A DNA stretch of 64,000 nt from a bacterium (GCA_963663405.2 CAXXSM010000073.1:1-64000); one strand, 5' to 3'. Positions 28,428 through 39,606 are shown, numbered from the stretch's first letter. Numbers and translations: made by a program. Notes: a model not told the origin generated them from the letters alone.

Positions 28428-29687
28428 TCATTGGCGCCCATTAAATTCATTGACCGCCTCAAACATAGCGGCGATATTCTCAACCGGTGTGTTGGCCTGA
28501 ATGTTATGAATGGTGTTAAAAACGAAGCCACCATTTTTGGAAAAGACATCGCAACGGCTTAAAACTTCTTCGCGCACATCCGCCGGTGTTCCGAAGGGCA
28601 GAGTTTTCTGGGTATCTACTCCACCGCCCCAAAAAACGATACGATCGCCGTATTTCTCTTTTAAACGCTCCGGCTCCATTCCCGCCGCCGAACATTGAAC
28701 GGGATTCAAAATATCAAAACCAGCCTCAATGAAACCGTCGATAAAAGTCTCCACCGCGCCGCAGGAATGCTTAAATGTTTTCCACGTCGTGTTCTTGTGA
28801 ATCCAATCCGTCACCTGTTTGTAATAGGGAAGATAAAGACTTCGGTAAGTCTCGGTTGAACAGAACGTGGAACTCTGAGTGCCAAAATCCGTTCCGCAGA
28901 TAAAGACCGCGTCTACCGTGTTTCCTACTATGGCGTAGATCTTTTCTAAATTGACCAAAGCGTATTCACATTGTTTTTCGAACACTTTGTGAATGTAATC
29001 TTGGCGTGTGAGAGTGGACATATACCATTCGGCGATATCCCGAATCCCTTTCGGATATTTTAAAAACGGCGCCGGCACGAGAGCGATATCCCCTAAGGCG
29101 GCTCCGCCAAACGGAGAGATAACGGCCCGGTCGCTGTTGGACACGCGTTCGATTTCCGAGGCTATATGCGCGAGATCTTCATCGGAGATTGGGCCGAATT
29201 CCTCCAGGTTGTCTTCTGGATTCAACTTGTTGTCATCGATTGGCTCTTGACGGACGATCGTATCGAAAAACCAGCCCGTTTTTGGCATTTTTGCGCTGGG
29301 GGGCGCGGAGGTGTCTCCCTGTGGATAGATCAGTGTGTCGCCTCTATCATTTACCGTGGTCTGGAAGTCCTCAGATACCAAGACCTCCAATCCATTGTGC
29401 AACCGCCACGGTTTCCAGTTTTGATTGGGAAAACCGAAGATCGTACAGCGCCCATAGATCCCATCCACATCGATGCCCAGGACTTCTTTTAAATCTTCGT
29501 CGATCCATCCCAGCATCTGATAGGGTTCATGAACTTGAACGGGCTTTTTTTCTAATCCGTAATAATCCCGCAGCGCAGCCACACAGGTTACGTGCATTCC
29601 CGTGACCGCCGTCGCGCCGAATTCAATGGGAATTCGATCCGGCTGTTTGTGATTTAACGTATCCAATACTACATCCCGGTTAGTCAT
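28428..29687 (-). CDS. Uroporphyrinogen decarboxylase-fold (MtaA/CmuA-like) protein
   Basis: DFGTQ, FKHSCG, LNPVQ, FWGGGVDTQ, HNIQ. Confidence 0.85.
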   Translation of the reverse strand: MTNRDVVLDTLNHKQPDRIPIEFGATAVTGMHVTCVAALRDYYGLEKKPVQVHEPYQMLGWIDEDLKEVLGIDVDGIYGRCTIFGFPNQNWKPWRLHNGLEVLVSEDFQTTVNDRGDTLIYPQGDTSAPPSAKMPKTGWFFDTIVRQEPIDDNKLNPEDNLEEFGPISDEDLAHIASEIERVSNSDRAVISPFGGAALGDIALVPAPFLKYPKGIRDIAEWYMSTLTRQDYIHKVFEKQCEYALVNLEKIYAIVGNTVDAVFICGTDFGTQSSTFCSTETYRSLYLPYYKQVTDWIHKNTTWKTFKHSCGAVETFIDGFIEAGFDILNPVQCSAAGMEPERLKEKYGDRIVFWGGGVDTQKTLPFGTPADVREEVLSRCDVFSKNGGFVFNTIHNIQANTPVENIAAMFEAVNEFNGRQ

Positions 29688-29952
29688 CTCCCACTCTCCA
29701 TTCCATTTCAAATCGCGCCATCGGAATTGGTTTGAGAAAAAAGTTTTCATCAATCATAAAACAATCCGGATAGGATGAACAGTTCTATAATCTATGAGTC
29801 AAGTTAAATAAGCCTTTTTGAGCTTTTTTACGTAATATATTTATGATAGAATGAAATTGTTTGGCCGCTCATTGGGTATATTTCTAACACATGGAATCGA
29901 AACGTTTTCCAAGGCGTATTATTCTTCTGGAAAGAACACAAGGATGGACACG

Positions 29953-31599
29953 ATGCAGAAACGATTGATCGTTTTGGGTGCAGTCTTGACGCTGATAACG
30001 GTTTTTCTTATCCCTTCCTTCGCAGTGGATTGGCAGGTCGGTGATAGAATTCCCGAACTCGTAACCCATAGTATTGAAGGTGTTAAGGTTTCGTTTTGGC
30101 CTGAGGAAGGCCGGTTTCTCTATCTCCTGTTCTGGGATACGAATTCCTGGCGCGCGAGTGAACTCGCTGAATGGGGATTAGAGTTGAATGAACGCTATCA
30201 TTCAGAAGGACTTGATGTGATCGGTGTCTGTACCGATACGCTGGATGATGAGGTTCTTGAGTTCTCCGAAACATGGAAACTCCCTTGGCCGCAAGTGTCC
30301 AACATCGAATTGGACACGGTGGAACTGACGGAATTCTTTGGTGTCCGAGAGACTCCCGGCAGCGTGATTCTCGGTCCGGAAGGGAAAATCCTCGCCCTGG
30401 ATCTGAGTGTAAATGAAGTGAACGGCGCTTTGGCGAATTTACTGGATGTGGATTTTGTGTCATCTACAATCGCCTCTTTCTCAACCGATTCACAATATAA
30501 AGGCGGCTGGGGACCGGAGCAGGTGACCGGCGCGCCGGATACGCCGTCTGCGGGAGACTTCGCATCCGCCTGGGCTTCTCTCACCCCCGACGATCAGGAG
30601 GAATGGCTTTTAGTGAAATACGAAACACCAGTCAAGCCAACACGAGTCGATATTTATGAGAGTTTCAATCCTGGCGCAGTCTACAAAGTAAGCGCTATCA
30701 CGCCGGATAACGAAGAGTTGGAACTCTGGCGCGGGACCGATCCAACGCCGGCGGAAAAAGGCAATGGGATCTCCTCGATTCCAGTCACAGCGGATTGCGA
30801 AATCAACCAGATAAAAATCTACTTGAATTCAAAGGATTTTCCTGGCTGGAATCAGATCGACGCGGTTGGGCTGATCGATCAAGAGGAAGCGGCGCAGTGG
30901 GCGGTCGACGCTAAAGCGAGCAGTTCCTTCTCGCGGGATATCCAATTCGGCGCCAGCAAGAAGAGTTATCTTTATCCCACCAAACGCTCTCTAGTCAGTT
31001 TCGATCAGCTCCGTGAAGTGGAACGGGCGGTGGAGGAAATGAAACAATCCGTTGGCGCGGACGCCGATGAGAGCCGGGGATCCTTCCGCTACCATATCCA
31101 AGCCTACATTGAAGGCGCCAGTGTCTTAGTTCTTCATCGGAATACTGCGCGCTGGTATCACGTCGATACTCCATTGGATGGATTTGAACTGGAGGACGAC
31201 TATCCCACCTACGTGAATGGTGTGGAATGGTTTCCCCAATGGTCCGATGGGGAAAAAGGCGGCTGGTCTTCGATCAATTCGCAGATCGAGCCGGCTCTTC
31301 CCGCCGCTGATATGGAGATCGAATTGACGGATCCACAGGTGAAAGCCATTCATTGCAACTGTGAGATGGATGATAAAGCCCTGGCCTTTTCGGATATTAT
31401 CGGCCAGGCTCCCAAAGGCCGCGTGTATCTTTTGCAAAGCCCCACTCAAGAAAACAATTACGTCATGGCGATCGCGTTTGATGATTTCGGCCTGGGGGGA
31501 TCGAATTTGTACGAATGCTTTGTCAATGTTCGCGCTGGGAAGGGGCATGACGGCGCCGATCAATACGCTTCCGTGAATTTCCATTCTATCCAACGTTGA
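29953..31599 (+). CDS. Secreted multidomain protein: redoxin/TlpA-like fold plus a discoidin/pappalysin-like jelly-roll domain
   Basis: Signal peptide; VGDRIP...FW...GLDVIGV; WGPEQVTGAPDT...AWAS...WL...IYESFNPGAV...GWNQIDAVGL. Confidence 0.65.
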   Translation: MQKRLIVLGAVLTLITVFLIPSFAVDWQVGDRIPELVTHSIEGVKVSFWPEEGRFLYLLFWDTNSWRASELAEWGLELNERYHSEGLDVIGVCTDTLDDEVLEFSETWKLPWPQVSNIELDTVELTEFFGVRETPGSVILGPEGKILALDLSVNEVNGALANLLDVDFVSSTIASFSTDSQYKGGWGPEQVTGAPDTPSAGDFASAWASLTPDDQEEWLLVKYETPVKPTRVDIYESFNPGAVYKVSAITPDNEELELWRGTDPTPAEKGNGISSIPVTADCEINQIKIYLNSKDFPGWNQIDAVGLIDQEEAAQWAVDAKASSSFSRDIQFGASKKSYLYPTKRSLVSFDQLREVERAVEEMKQSVGADADESRGSFRYHIQAYIEGASVLVLHRNTARWYHVDTPLDGFELEDDYPTYVNGVEWFPQWSDGEKGGWSSINSQIEPALPAADMEIELTDPQVKAIHCNCEMDDKALAFSDIIGQAPKGRVYLLQSPTQENNYVMAIAFDDFGLGGSNLYECFVNVRAGKGHDGADQYASVNFHSIQR

Positions 31600-31628
31600 T
31601 AATCAATTCGTAATTGTAGTTGAGAACT

Positions 31629-31661
31629 ACACCCCCCACCGGCGCCTGTCGTGGGGGGTGT
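31629..31661 (+). terminator. Intrinsic terminator
   Basis: acaccccccac...gtggggggtgt stem followed by a T-rich tract. Confidence 0.65.
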
Positions 31662-31739
31662 TTCTTTAGGAATTCAGTTGACAGACACTTTTCACTTATA
31701 GTACTTTTCTATTAGACAATCGGCGGTTGGGAGAGGATT

Positions 31740-33074
31740 ATGAGACGAAAGACGAAACGAATAGTATTGGAAGGCTCCGGCGCATTGGCGCTGATTCTAC
31801 TCGCGCTCTGGTTTACGCTGCCCCGGTTTTTATCGGTACAGAATATTAACAATTCTGGAAATTTTCCCGATCCCTATTTTCACCGGGGTATTGAGCGATT
31901 CATGGACGTCGAACCAGGAGGGCGTTTTTCAGCGGCCCAGGCGTCTATTAAAAGTGGTTCCTTTATATGCAACGATCCACGGGTCCGGGATTTGACAGGG
32001 ATCGAGTTTTTTACTCAACTTACGGGACTGGAATGCTGCAATAATAAATTGACAAGACTGGATCTGTCTAGCAATACCGCCCTTAGAGGCGTTCACTGCT
32101 TTAACAATGAATTAAGAGTGTTGAAATTAGGGAAGAATCACGTATTGGCCTGGTTGTATTGCCAGCAGAACCGGCTTACCTCCCTTGATCTCACTCATTG
32201 TCCTCAATTAGTTGAACTCAACTGTTCCGCGAATGCGTTGAGCGAACTTGATCTATCTTACAACACGGCGTTGGAAAAACTGGCCTGTGATTCCAATCGA
32301 TTAGCGGCTATCGATGTATCCAATAACCCGAATTTGATTACTCTACTCTGTTGTGACAATCGAATCACCGAAATGGATCTTTCAAATAACACAGCATTGC
32401 GGCAATTGGTCTGTGGCAAGAACCGGCTTATGAGTCTTGATCTGTTGAAGAATCCATCGTTGGTCTTTCTTTCGTGTTTTGACAATCAAGTAACAAATCT
32501 TAATGTATCCTACAATCCAAAATTACGGATGTTGATTTGTCATGGAAATCAGCTGGAGGAACTCGATCTCTCCAACAATCCAATGCTATCCAGTCTTTTC
32601 GTTCAGCAAAATCAATTGAAAACACTGGATGTCACGAATAATCCCCAGCTCAATTTATTAGATTGTTCCAATAATTCACTCTCGTTCCTCGATCTCTCCC
32701 AGAATGAAAAACTGACCGCTGTACAATGCGCTTCGAATCAATTGGCTGCGCTGGATGTATCCCACAATAGTATACTGAATCGGCTCGATTGCAGTAAAAA
32801 CCTGCTTACGGATATCGACTTCACGTCCAATCCGGCTTTACGATCGATTATTCTTGCGTCCAATCAATTTGAAACAATGCCCACGCTTGACAAGCAGAAA
32901 TTTTTACAAACGTTTGATATACGGTTTAATCCACTCGATCGCGATGATTGGGATGACATCAAACCATTTGTAAAAGGTTTGCCAAAACCGGTTTTCGACA
33001 AAAGAAGCGCGTTGCAGATGGGATTCGCGTTTACAATGCTGAATGGTCTCGAACCATCGGAATATTCCCAATAG
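31740..33074 (+). CDS. Membrane-anchored leucine-rich-repeat protein
   Basis: N-terminal TM; FPD..F cap, DLTGIEFFT; about 14 tandem 21-aa LxxLxCxxNxLxxLDLSxN repeats. Confidence 0.88.
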   Translation: MRRKTKRIVLEGSGALALILLALWFTLPRFLSVQNINNSGNFPDPYFHRGIERFMDVEPGGRFSAAQASIKSGSFICNDPRVRDLTGIEFFTQLTGLECCNNKLTRLDLSSNTALRGVHCFNNELRVLKLGKNHVLAWLYCQQNRLTSLDLTHCPQLVELNCSANALSELDLSYNTALEKLACDSNRLAAIDVSNNPNLITLLCCDNRITEMDLSNNTALRQLVCGKNRLMSLDLLKNPSLVFLSCFDNQVTNLNVSYNPKLRMLICHGNQLEELDLSNNPMLSSLFVQQNQLKTLDVTNNPQLNLLDCSNNSLSFLDLSQNEKLTAVQCASNQLAALDVSHNSILNRLDCSKNLLTDIDFTSNPALRSIILASNQFETMPTLDKQKFLQTFDIRFNPLDRDDWDDIKPFVKGLPKPVFDKRSALQMGFAFTMLNGLEPSEYSQ

Positions 33075-33130
33075 AGCGAAGTGGAAAAATCAGAAGTGAA
33101 AAATAATTATTTCAGAAAAAATACCAAAAT

Positions 33131-33154
33131 AGGGACGCGGTTTTCCGCGTCCCT
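33131..33154. terminator. Intrinsic terminator between convergent genes
   Basis: agggacgcgg-tttt-ccgcgtccct perfect hairpin. Confidence 0.75.
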
Positions 33155-33204
33155 GTGGATCTTTCATTTAATCGATTGGATCGCTGACAAGACAATTGAG
33201 TCCG

Positions 33205-33771
33205 TTATTCATCCGTCATTTTCCCGATGATCCGGTAGACGCCGATGAGTTTGGAAGCGGCGAGCGCTTTTTTCAAACCGGAGGGCATGTAGTCTTCATA
33301 AATCTCCGTCGCGGTTTTATCACCTATGCCTAGGCCTTTTTCAATTTCGCCATTCGTTTCGTAGGGACGGACGTAGGTTTCACCATAGATCATCGCCCGT
33401 TTGCTGTATTCGCCGATCTTAATGAGTTTCCCTTGCATGATGATGAGCAAAGGATTATCACTCTCTTTTGTCGCGAGTACAAAAGTTAGAGGTCTCACAC
33501 CTTCCTCGGAAGGGCCGTAATAGAATTTTTCCAATGTGCCTGTGCTGCCCTCAGTAGATGCGGTACCTGTCACCCAGCCTTCAGAATCGACGTTGAAAGT
33601 GAAATCGAATTCCATATCTTCCAATTCACCATCGCGGGTCACATAAGCGGCTTTTCCTTCGCCTTTCCAAGTAAAAGGAACATCCGATTCTTCCTGCGCC
33701 ACACAGGTCATCCCCACAAACAATACGCTTGCAACCATCATTGAAACCAGATACGTCCATTTCTTCATCAT
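33205..33771 (-). CDS. Hypothetical secreted protein (tandem paralog A)
   Basis: Signal peptide MKKW...CVA; AAGGAG RBS; highly similar to 33917..34486. Confidence 0.8.
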   Translation of the reverse strand: MMKKWTYLVSMMVASVLFVGMTCVAQEESDVPFTWKGEGKAAYVTRDGELEDMEFDFTFNVDSEGWVTGTASTEGSTGTLEKFYYGPSEEGVRPLTFVLATKESDNPLLIIMQGKLIKIGEYSKRAMIYGETYVRPYETNGEIEKGLGIGDKTATEIYEDYMPSGLKKALAASKLIGVYRIIGKMTDE

Positions 33772-33916
33772 TCTCTCCTTCATTTGTTGATTATTATAAA
33801 AACCTATTTGCATAGGTTTATAATTTTAGTATGTGTTTATTTAGTGATAATAAGAATATGTTATCTTTTTGGTTGAATCAGGGAAAAGGACGTCTGCTAG
33901 AGCCGCCCTATGTTTA

Positions 33917-34486
33917 TCATTCATCGACGATCTTCCCGACGATCTGATAGATACCACTGAGTTTGGAACTGGCGATCGCTTTTTTGAGTCCGGAGGGCAT
34001 ATAGTCTTCATATATCTCCGTCGCGGTTTTGTCTCCTATTGCGAGGCCTTTTTCGATCTCTCCATTCTTTTCATAAGGACGCATATAGATCTCTCCGTAG
34101 GCCATGCTCCGTTTGCTGTATTCGCCGATCTTGATGGCTTTGCCTTTCATAATGATAAGCGCCGGCTCATCGCTGTCTTTGATCGATAGGACCATAATCA
34201 ACGGTCTCACACCATCTTCGGAAGGGCCATAGTAGATTTTTTCCAGCATGGCGCTGTGCTCGCTTTCATCAGCCTCCGCGGCGGAGCCTGTTACCCAGCC
34301 TTCAGAGTCGACGTGGAATTTGAATTCGAATTTTACTTCTTCGATCTCACCATCACCGAAGACTAAACAAGCTCCTCCTTCGCCTTTCCAAGTCAAGGGA
34401 GCTTCTTCTTCCTGCGCCACGCAGGTCATCCCTGTCAGCATCACGCCTGCAATCAATACCGAAAGCATAATTGACCATTTCTTCAT
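33917..34486 (-). CDS. Hypothetical secreted protein (tandem paralog B)
   Basis: Signal peptide; shares TWKGEG, VDSEGWVTG and GDKTATEIYEDYMPSGLKKA with paralog A. Confidence 0.8.
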   Translation of the reverse strand: MKKWSIMLSVLIAGVMLTGMTCVAQEEEAPLTWKGEGGACLVFGDGEIEEVKFEFKFHVDSEGWVTGSAAEADESEHSAMLEKIYYGPSEDGVRPLIMVLSIKDSDEPALIIMKGKAIKIGEYSKRSMAYGEIYMRPYEKNGEIEKGLAIGDKTATEIYEDYMPSGLKKAIASSKLSGIYQIVGKIVDE

Positions 34487-34753
34487 ATTTCTCTCTCCTT
34501 CAGTCATGTTTTAATGTATCAATATATTTACAATCAATATACAAGAGATTATAGGAACGAATTCAAAGATAAAGGGCCGATAGGCAGATTCTTATGTCTA
34601 TCTGTATCAATACGAGAGATCTTGTCTCAATCTTTATAAGCATCTATTAATATGAATACCTTTCAATCCTTTCATTGTTTTGACGCATAGAATTCGAAAA
34701 ATATTGATTTTATTTCAAGTCAAGGTTTTTTCATTTTGTATGGATGAATGGCA

Positions 34754-37633
34754 TTACTTCAGAATCGAGTTGAAAATTTGAGGATGCTGGTTTCTTGAAA
34801 ATGGAATCAGCCGGAACGCCGCTGTGAGTTCGCGTTCTTTCAACCGTTTCGCCTCCAGTGGGAATAAGGTTTGATGATATTGCGAGCCCAATCCTGCGAC
34901 GGAAGAATTTACACTGACAAGAACGCCTTCCTCTAATCGTTCTAGGCTGATATTTCCCCCGAACATCATAAGGCCTATGCCATTTCCACGCTCATCAGTT
35001 AATGCGAGGAGATCGATTCCACTGCGGTTTCCCTGTAAAAATCGATCTGAAAGAATCCATTGAAATAAACCCCGCTGAGAGAGCCGCTGTTTCCCCGGAT
35101 AGGCGGGAAAGGGTCCGTTTCCCAGCCAAGATATACGATCCAACAAGGGTGGCGCAAGAAATGACAGGCCCGTTTCGAGAAAATATCCATCGCGATTTTG
35201 CGGTTCCAGCGTATAGCGCACATCACAGTATCCGAATGGGGATATGAATAGATCCACATTGGCCCGGCATTCAAGATCAGGATCTGATTCATTGCTAGCT
35301 GCTTGAATGGAACTATAGGTTTCGTTCGTCAATTCCATTTCAATTTCGACATGATTCTCGATTTTTTCCGAGTGGAAGGAATCGATGCGAAGTTTTTTTA
35401 AAAGATAGGGATCAGGCAGCAAGGAACGGCCTTCTTCTTGATAGTGAATGCGATCGGCCCATCCCGGTTCCCGCCCCAGCCGGATGTAGGGGCCACCAGT
35501 AATCAACCGGACGTGACGTTTGGGTGTCATAAGGAACCACTCGCCGGTATGTGGATCGATACGGAGCTGATAGTTGCGGTGATCGATTTGGACCTTTTGC
35601 TGGTTTATTTGGATGCTCCAATCTTTATCCATTCGCAGATCGTCCAACCGCGTCAGAAACGATTCTTCCCATTTCGGTGGCTTCAATCGGACCACATGTT
35701 CATACAAAGAACGTTGCTGTGAGTCAACAAAATGGAGACGTAGCATATATTCATGCCATTCGATATCTTCCGGCAATGTGACAGTGACCGCCATCTCCAT
35801 TTTTTTACCCGGCTCCAGATCGAGAAGCATGTTTCCCCTGTCGATAATCGAATGGTCTTCCATGAGAAACCATTCGATGGAAATATCTCGTAAGTTTTTG
35901 AAATTATAGTGGTTATGGATCGTGATCTCAATTGTATTCAAGCCTGGGATTATAGTTTGTTCATTTTCGAGAATCTGGATGGGGGAATAGATCTGTTTGG
36001 ATTGCCAATAATCTGTTTGCGGCGCCCGGTCAGCATTGACGATTCCATCGGTTCCTTTTTCTTCCTGACTGTCGATTGTCTGATTCCGGCGTAGACCCTG
36101 ATCCGCGAATCGCCAGATCATCCCTCCCGCGAGTGTGCGGTTCTGACGCGCCGTCTCCCAAAGTAATCCTAATCCCTCGAATGTGTCTTCAAGCGCATCC
36201 GCGTATTTCAAAGCGATCACTGGCCGTCCCATTCGGCCAAACCGGCTCCATTCTTCGATGCTGGGAAACAATGGCGCGAGAATATCTATGGCTTTCGGCA
36301 GATTGCGTTCCGCCTTTCCCGGCAGCAGGATTGGCCGTGTTGGATCGGCGCGTTTTACATATTCCACTGATTGCATCGCGTTCTCAACAGACATGGTCTC
36401 ATTGCCCACACTCCATACAATTGCGGCGGCGTGATTTCGCATCGATCGAAGAGTGGTGTCTATCTGTTCCGGCGTCTCGCAGGGCAGAGAACAGACTGCG
36501 TAGATCCCCAATTGTTCGCAAAGATCCAGAAAACCGGGTGAAGGGGGGCTGTTGAGATACCAAACCGCATTGATATTGGCTTCCTGCATCAGCTGAAGAT
36601 CGCGTTTCCATTGCGGCTCACGCATCGCGAAACCGACATCTGGATCGAATCCTTGATAACAGACGCCGCGTAATTTGATTGGCGTTCCATTCAAACGTAA
36701 TTCACCCCGCTGGATATCAATCCAGCGGAGTCCGGCGGGTCGCTCATATTGTTGAATCGGTTCATCGTTCATCATGAGCGTTATATTGAGTGAATAGAGT
36801 ACGGGATTTTCAGCGCTCCATAATTTTGGATCGGAAACGGGGACGAGAAAATTGGCGTGGAGTCTATTTCCTTCGGATTTTAAATAGTTCACCACGATTG
36901 TTCCGGCGGGATTCGCGTCAGGATCATACAATTCCGCTTTCAGCGTAATCCCATCTGTAGGCGCGCCAATCCCCACCGCGGCCAATTCCACACTGCAGTT
37001 CAAACGCGTTGAGCCGGTCTTCTCTTCTCTTTCTGTATGAAAGACGAGATCGTTGATATAAATGTCGGGAACAGAAAGCAGCGATACACTCCGGTGAATC
37101 CCTGAGAACGCCCATGTTTTGGTTTGAGTGTGATTCGGTTTATAGACACGCGCGGCGAGTATATGTTTTTTCGTATTTGAGAGGACATCTGTGATATCAA
37201 ACGGCGTGGGAATCACAGGTGAATCAAGCATTCCTATGGTTTCACCATCTACCCAAAGTTGTATTCCATCCATCGCGCCATCTACTTGCAGAAATACCCG
37301 GCGGTCTTTCCAATTCCGTGGAATTTCAAATTCTTTCCGGTAATACCCAACCGATGGAGATGACATTCCAAAGGAAGGTTCTTCATAACCATACAATTCC
37401 CAATGTCCTGGAACTCGAATCAACGGCCAGTTTTTATCGGAATAGTCCGGCATAAAAAATGTGGAGGTTATCTCTGGATTTTCACGTTCACAGTATTTGA
37501 ATTTCCATTCCCCATTAAGGGAACGATGGAATTGTGGATGGGATTGATCGGGAAGAACGGCGGCAGCGAGAGAGGTATATATGAAGAATATGAAGTAAGT
37601 AAAAATGTGGAGTAATCGTTTCATCGGTTTCAC
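34754..37633 (-). CDS. GH2 (LacZ-like) glycoside hydrolase homolog, probably catalytically altered
   Basis: SLNGEWKF, VPGHWEL, SGIHRSV, LWSAENPVLY, WSVGNE, GGMIW..DQ, DGIV; nucleophile motif altered. Confidence 0.85.
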   Translation of the reverse strand: MKPMKRLLHIFTYFIFFIYTSLAAAVLPDQSHPQFHRSLNGEWKFKYCERENPEITSTFFMPDYSDKNWPLIRVPGHWELYGYEEPSFGMSSPSVGYYRKEFEIPRNWKDRRVFLQVDGAMDGIQLWVDGETIGMLDSPVIPTPFDITDVLSNTKKHILAARVYKPNHTQTKTWAFSGIHRSVSLLSVPDIYINDLVFHTEREEKTGSTRLNCSVELAAVGIGAPTDGITLKAELYDPDANPAGTIVVNYLKSEGNRLHANFLVPVSDPKLWSAENPVLYSLNITLMMNDEPIQQYERPAGLRWIDIQRGELRLNGTPIKLRGVCYQGFDPDVGFAMREPQWKRDLQLMQEANINAVWYLNSPPSPGFLDLCEQLGIYAVCSLPCETPEQIDTTLRSMRNHAAAIVWSVGNETMSVENAMQSVEYVKRADPTRPILLPGKAERNLPKAIDILAPLFPSIEEWSRFGRMGRPVIALKYADALEDTFEGLGLLWETARQNRTLAGGMIWRFADQGLRRNQTIDSQEEKGTDGIVNADRAPQTDYWQSKQIYSPIQILENEQTIIPGLNTIEITIHNHYNFKNLRDISIEWFLMEDHSIIDRGNMLLDLEPGKKMEMAVTVTLPEDIEWHEYMLRLHFVDSQQRSLYEHVVRLKPPKWEESFLTRLDDLRMDKDWSIQINQQKVQIDHRNYQLRIDPHTGEWFLMTPKRHVRLITGGPYIRLGREPGWADRIHYQEEGRSLLPDPYLLKKLRIDSFHSEKIENHVEIEMELTNETYSSIQAASNESDPDLECRANVDLFISPFGYCDVRYTLEPQNRDGYFLETGLSFLAPPLLDRISWLGNGPFPAYPGKQRLSQRGLFQWILSDRFLQGNRSGIDLLALTDERGNGIGLMMFGGNISLERLEEGVLVSVNSSVAGLGSQYHQTLFPLEAKRLKERELTAAFRLIPFSRNQHPQIFNSILK

Positions 37634-37713
37634 GTACGCTTGGAATGATGGAGACCGTATCGGGTTGATACGGTCTCATTATATACTGTCATGATTGTAT
37701 AAACGATTGATCC

Positions 37714-39105
37714 CTAGCTTTTGGGACCGATCATTTTTTCGGGACGCACGTATTGATCGAATTGTTCTTCTGTCAGGTAGCCTAGTTCAATGGCCGCTTC
37801 TTTAAGGGTGGTGTTGTCTTTATGAGCTTTTTTCGCGATTGCGGCGGCTTTATCGTAGCCGATGTGCGTGTTCAACGCTGTCACCAGCATTAGCGAGCCG
37901 TTCAGATTCTTTTTAATATTAACTTCATTGGGTTCAATGCCCACGACGCAATTCGTACGGAAACTGTCGCAGGAATCGGCCAGTAACCGGATAGATTGAA
38001 GCAGGTTGTAGATCATGACCGGCTTAAAGACGTTTAACTGGAAATTTCCCGATGCGCCCGCGAATCCGATAGCGGCGTCGTTTCCCATGACTTGCACCGC
38101 GACCATGGTGATCGCTTCGCATTGCGTAGGATTTACTTTGCCCGGCATGATGCTGGAACCTGGTTCGTTCGCGGGGATGTTCAATTCACCGATACCACAC
38201 CGGGGACCTGAAGCTGACCAGCGAATATCATTGGCGATTTTGAACAAGGACGCCGCAATTGTTTTAAGCGCGCCGCTCGTTTCGATCATCGCGTCGTGCG
38301 CGGAAAGAGATTCAAACTTATTCTCCGCCGTCACAAAGGAGATGCCGGTTTGTTTCGCGATGTTTTCCGCCGCTTTTTCCGCAAAGCCCGGTGGGGTGTT
38401 GAGACCCGTTCCGACAGCAGTGCCGCCTATCGCCAGTTCGTATAGGTAGGGCAGACAATTCTCGATTCGTTTCAATCCATGCCGCAGCTGCGCCGCGTAG
38501 CCGGAAAATTCCTGCCCTACAGTCAACGGCGTCGCGTCCATTAGATGGGTCCGGCCGATCTTGATGATTGAATTGAATTGTTTCGCTTTCTCTTCGATGA
38601 CTTCCGCTAACGCTGTCACAGCGGGGAGCAACCGGCGGTGGATCTCCATTGCGGCGGCGATATGCATTGCGGCGGGAAATGTATCGTTTGAGGACTGCGA
38701 TTTATTCACATCATCATTAGGATGGATTGGATCTTTACTGCCTCTTTCTCCTCCTGCGAGTTCGATGGCCCGGTTTGAGATGACTTCATTGCTGTTCATG
38801 TTCGTCTGCGTTCCGCTGCCGGTCTGCCAGACGGAGAGAGGAAAATGTTCGTCCAGTTTCCCTTCGATTACCTCATCGGCGGCTTGGACAATCAAGTCTT
38901 TTTTCTCTCTGGGGAGGACGCCCAGTTCTTCATTCACTACCGCGCAGGCTTTTTTCAAGATACCGAACGCTTTGATCATCTCCCGTGGAAAGCGTTCCGT
39001 CCCGATTTTAAAATTCATTATCGACCGGGCTGATTGCGCTCCATAGTACGATTCTTTTGGAACTTGGACTTCTCCCATTGTGTCTTTTTCAATTCGGTAT
39101 TCCAT
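37714..39105 (-). CDS. fumC: Fumarate hydratase class II
   Basis: [41 protein letters not shown]. Confidence 0.98.
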   Translation of the reverse strand: MEYRIEKDTMGEVQVPKESYYGAQSARSIMNFKIGTERFPREMIKAFGILKKACAVVNEELGVLPREKKDLIVQAADEVIEGKLDEHFPLSVWQTGSGTQTNMNSNEVISNRAIELAGGERGSKDPIHPNDDVNKSQSSNDTFPAAMHIAAAMEIHRRLLPAVTALAEVIEEKAKQFNSIIKIGRTHLMDATPLTVGQEFSGYAAQLRHGLKRIENCLPYLYELAIGGTAVGTGLNTPPGFAEKAAENIAKQTGISFVTAENKFESLSAHDAMIETSGALKTIAASLFKIANDIRWSASGPRCGIGELNIPANEPGSSIMPGKVNPTQCEAITMVAVQVMGNDAAIGFAGASGNFQLNVFKPVMIYNLLQSIRLLADSCDSFRTNCVVGIEPNEVNIKKNLNGSLMLVTALNTHIGYDKAAAIAKKAHKDNTTLKEAAIELGYLTEEQFDQYVRPEKMIGPKS

Positions 39106-39606
39106 TCTTACCTCCCATTTTTGTTTGGACGAATCTACAAAGCATCCTTATAGTTATTGTTGCACGTTATGATTGTTTGCATGGATCGCTTTGGGCATAT
39201 AAGACGATCATCGGTTCGAAAGAGTTTTTTGTCAATAACGATCGATTCATTTATAGAATCTCAGGTTCCTTTTTTTTCTATTGATTCGATTGAGTTGGCG
39301 ATATATTATCAATTTTTTTAAAAAAAATATAATTATTATTCGATTATTTGTAAAAATTCGTTATAATATATTGAGATTTTGCCATTTATTGATCACGGTT
39401 AGACCAACACCTTTTTATTTGATTAAAATAAGGATGTTATCAATAATTAAATTTTAGGGTATATAATATCAATTTACTCGTTCAGAATAGGAGATGAATC
39501 ATTTCTAATCGCCTGGGAAGATATGAAAAAAACTCACTCTATTCAGGGAATAGTTTTAACATAGAGCAGTTTCTGAAACCGTTTTAGTTAAGGAAGGGAT
39601 TTACAA

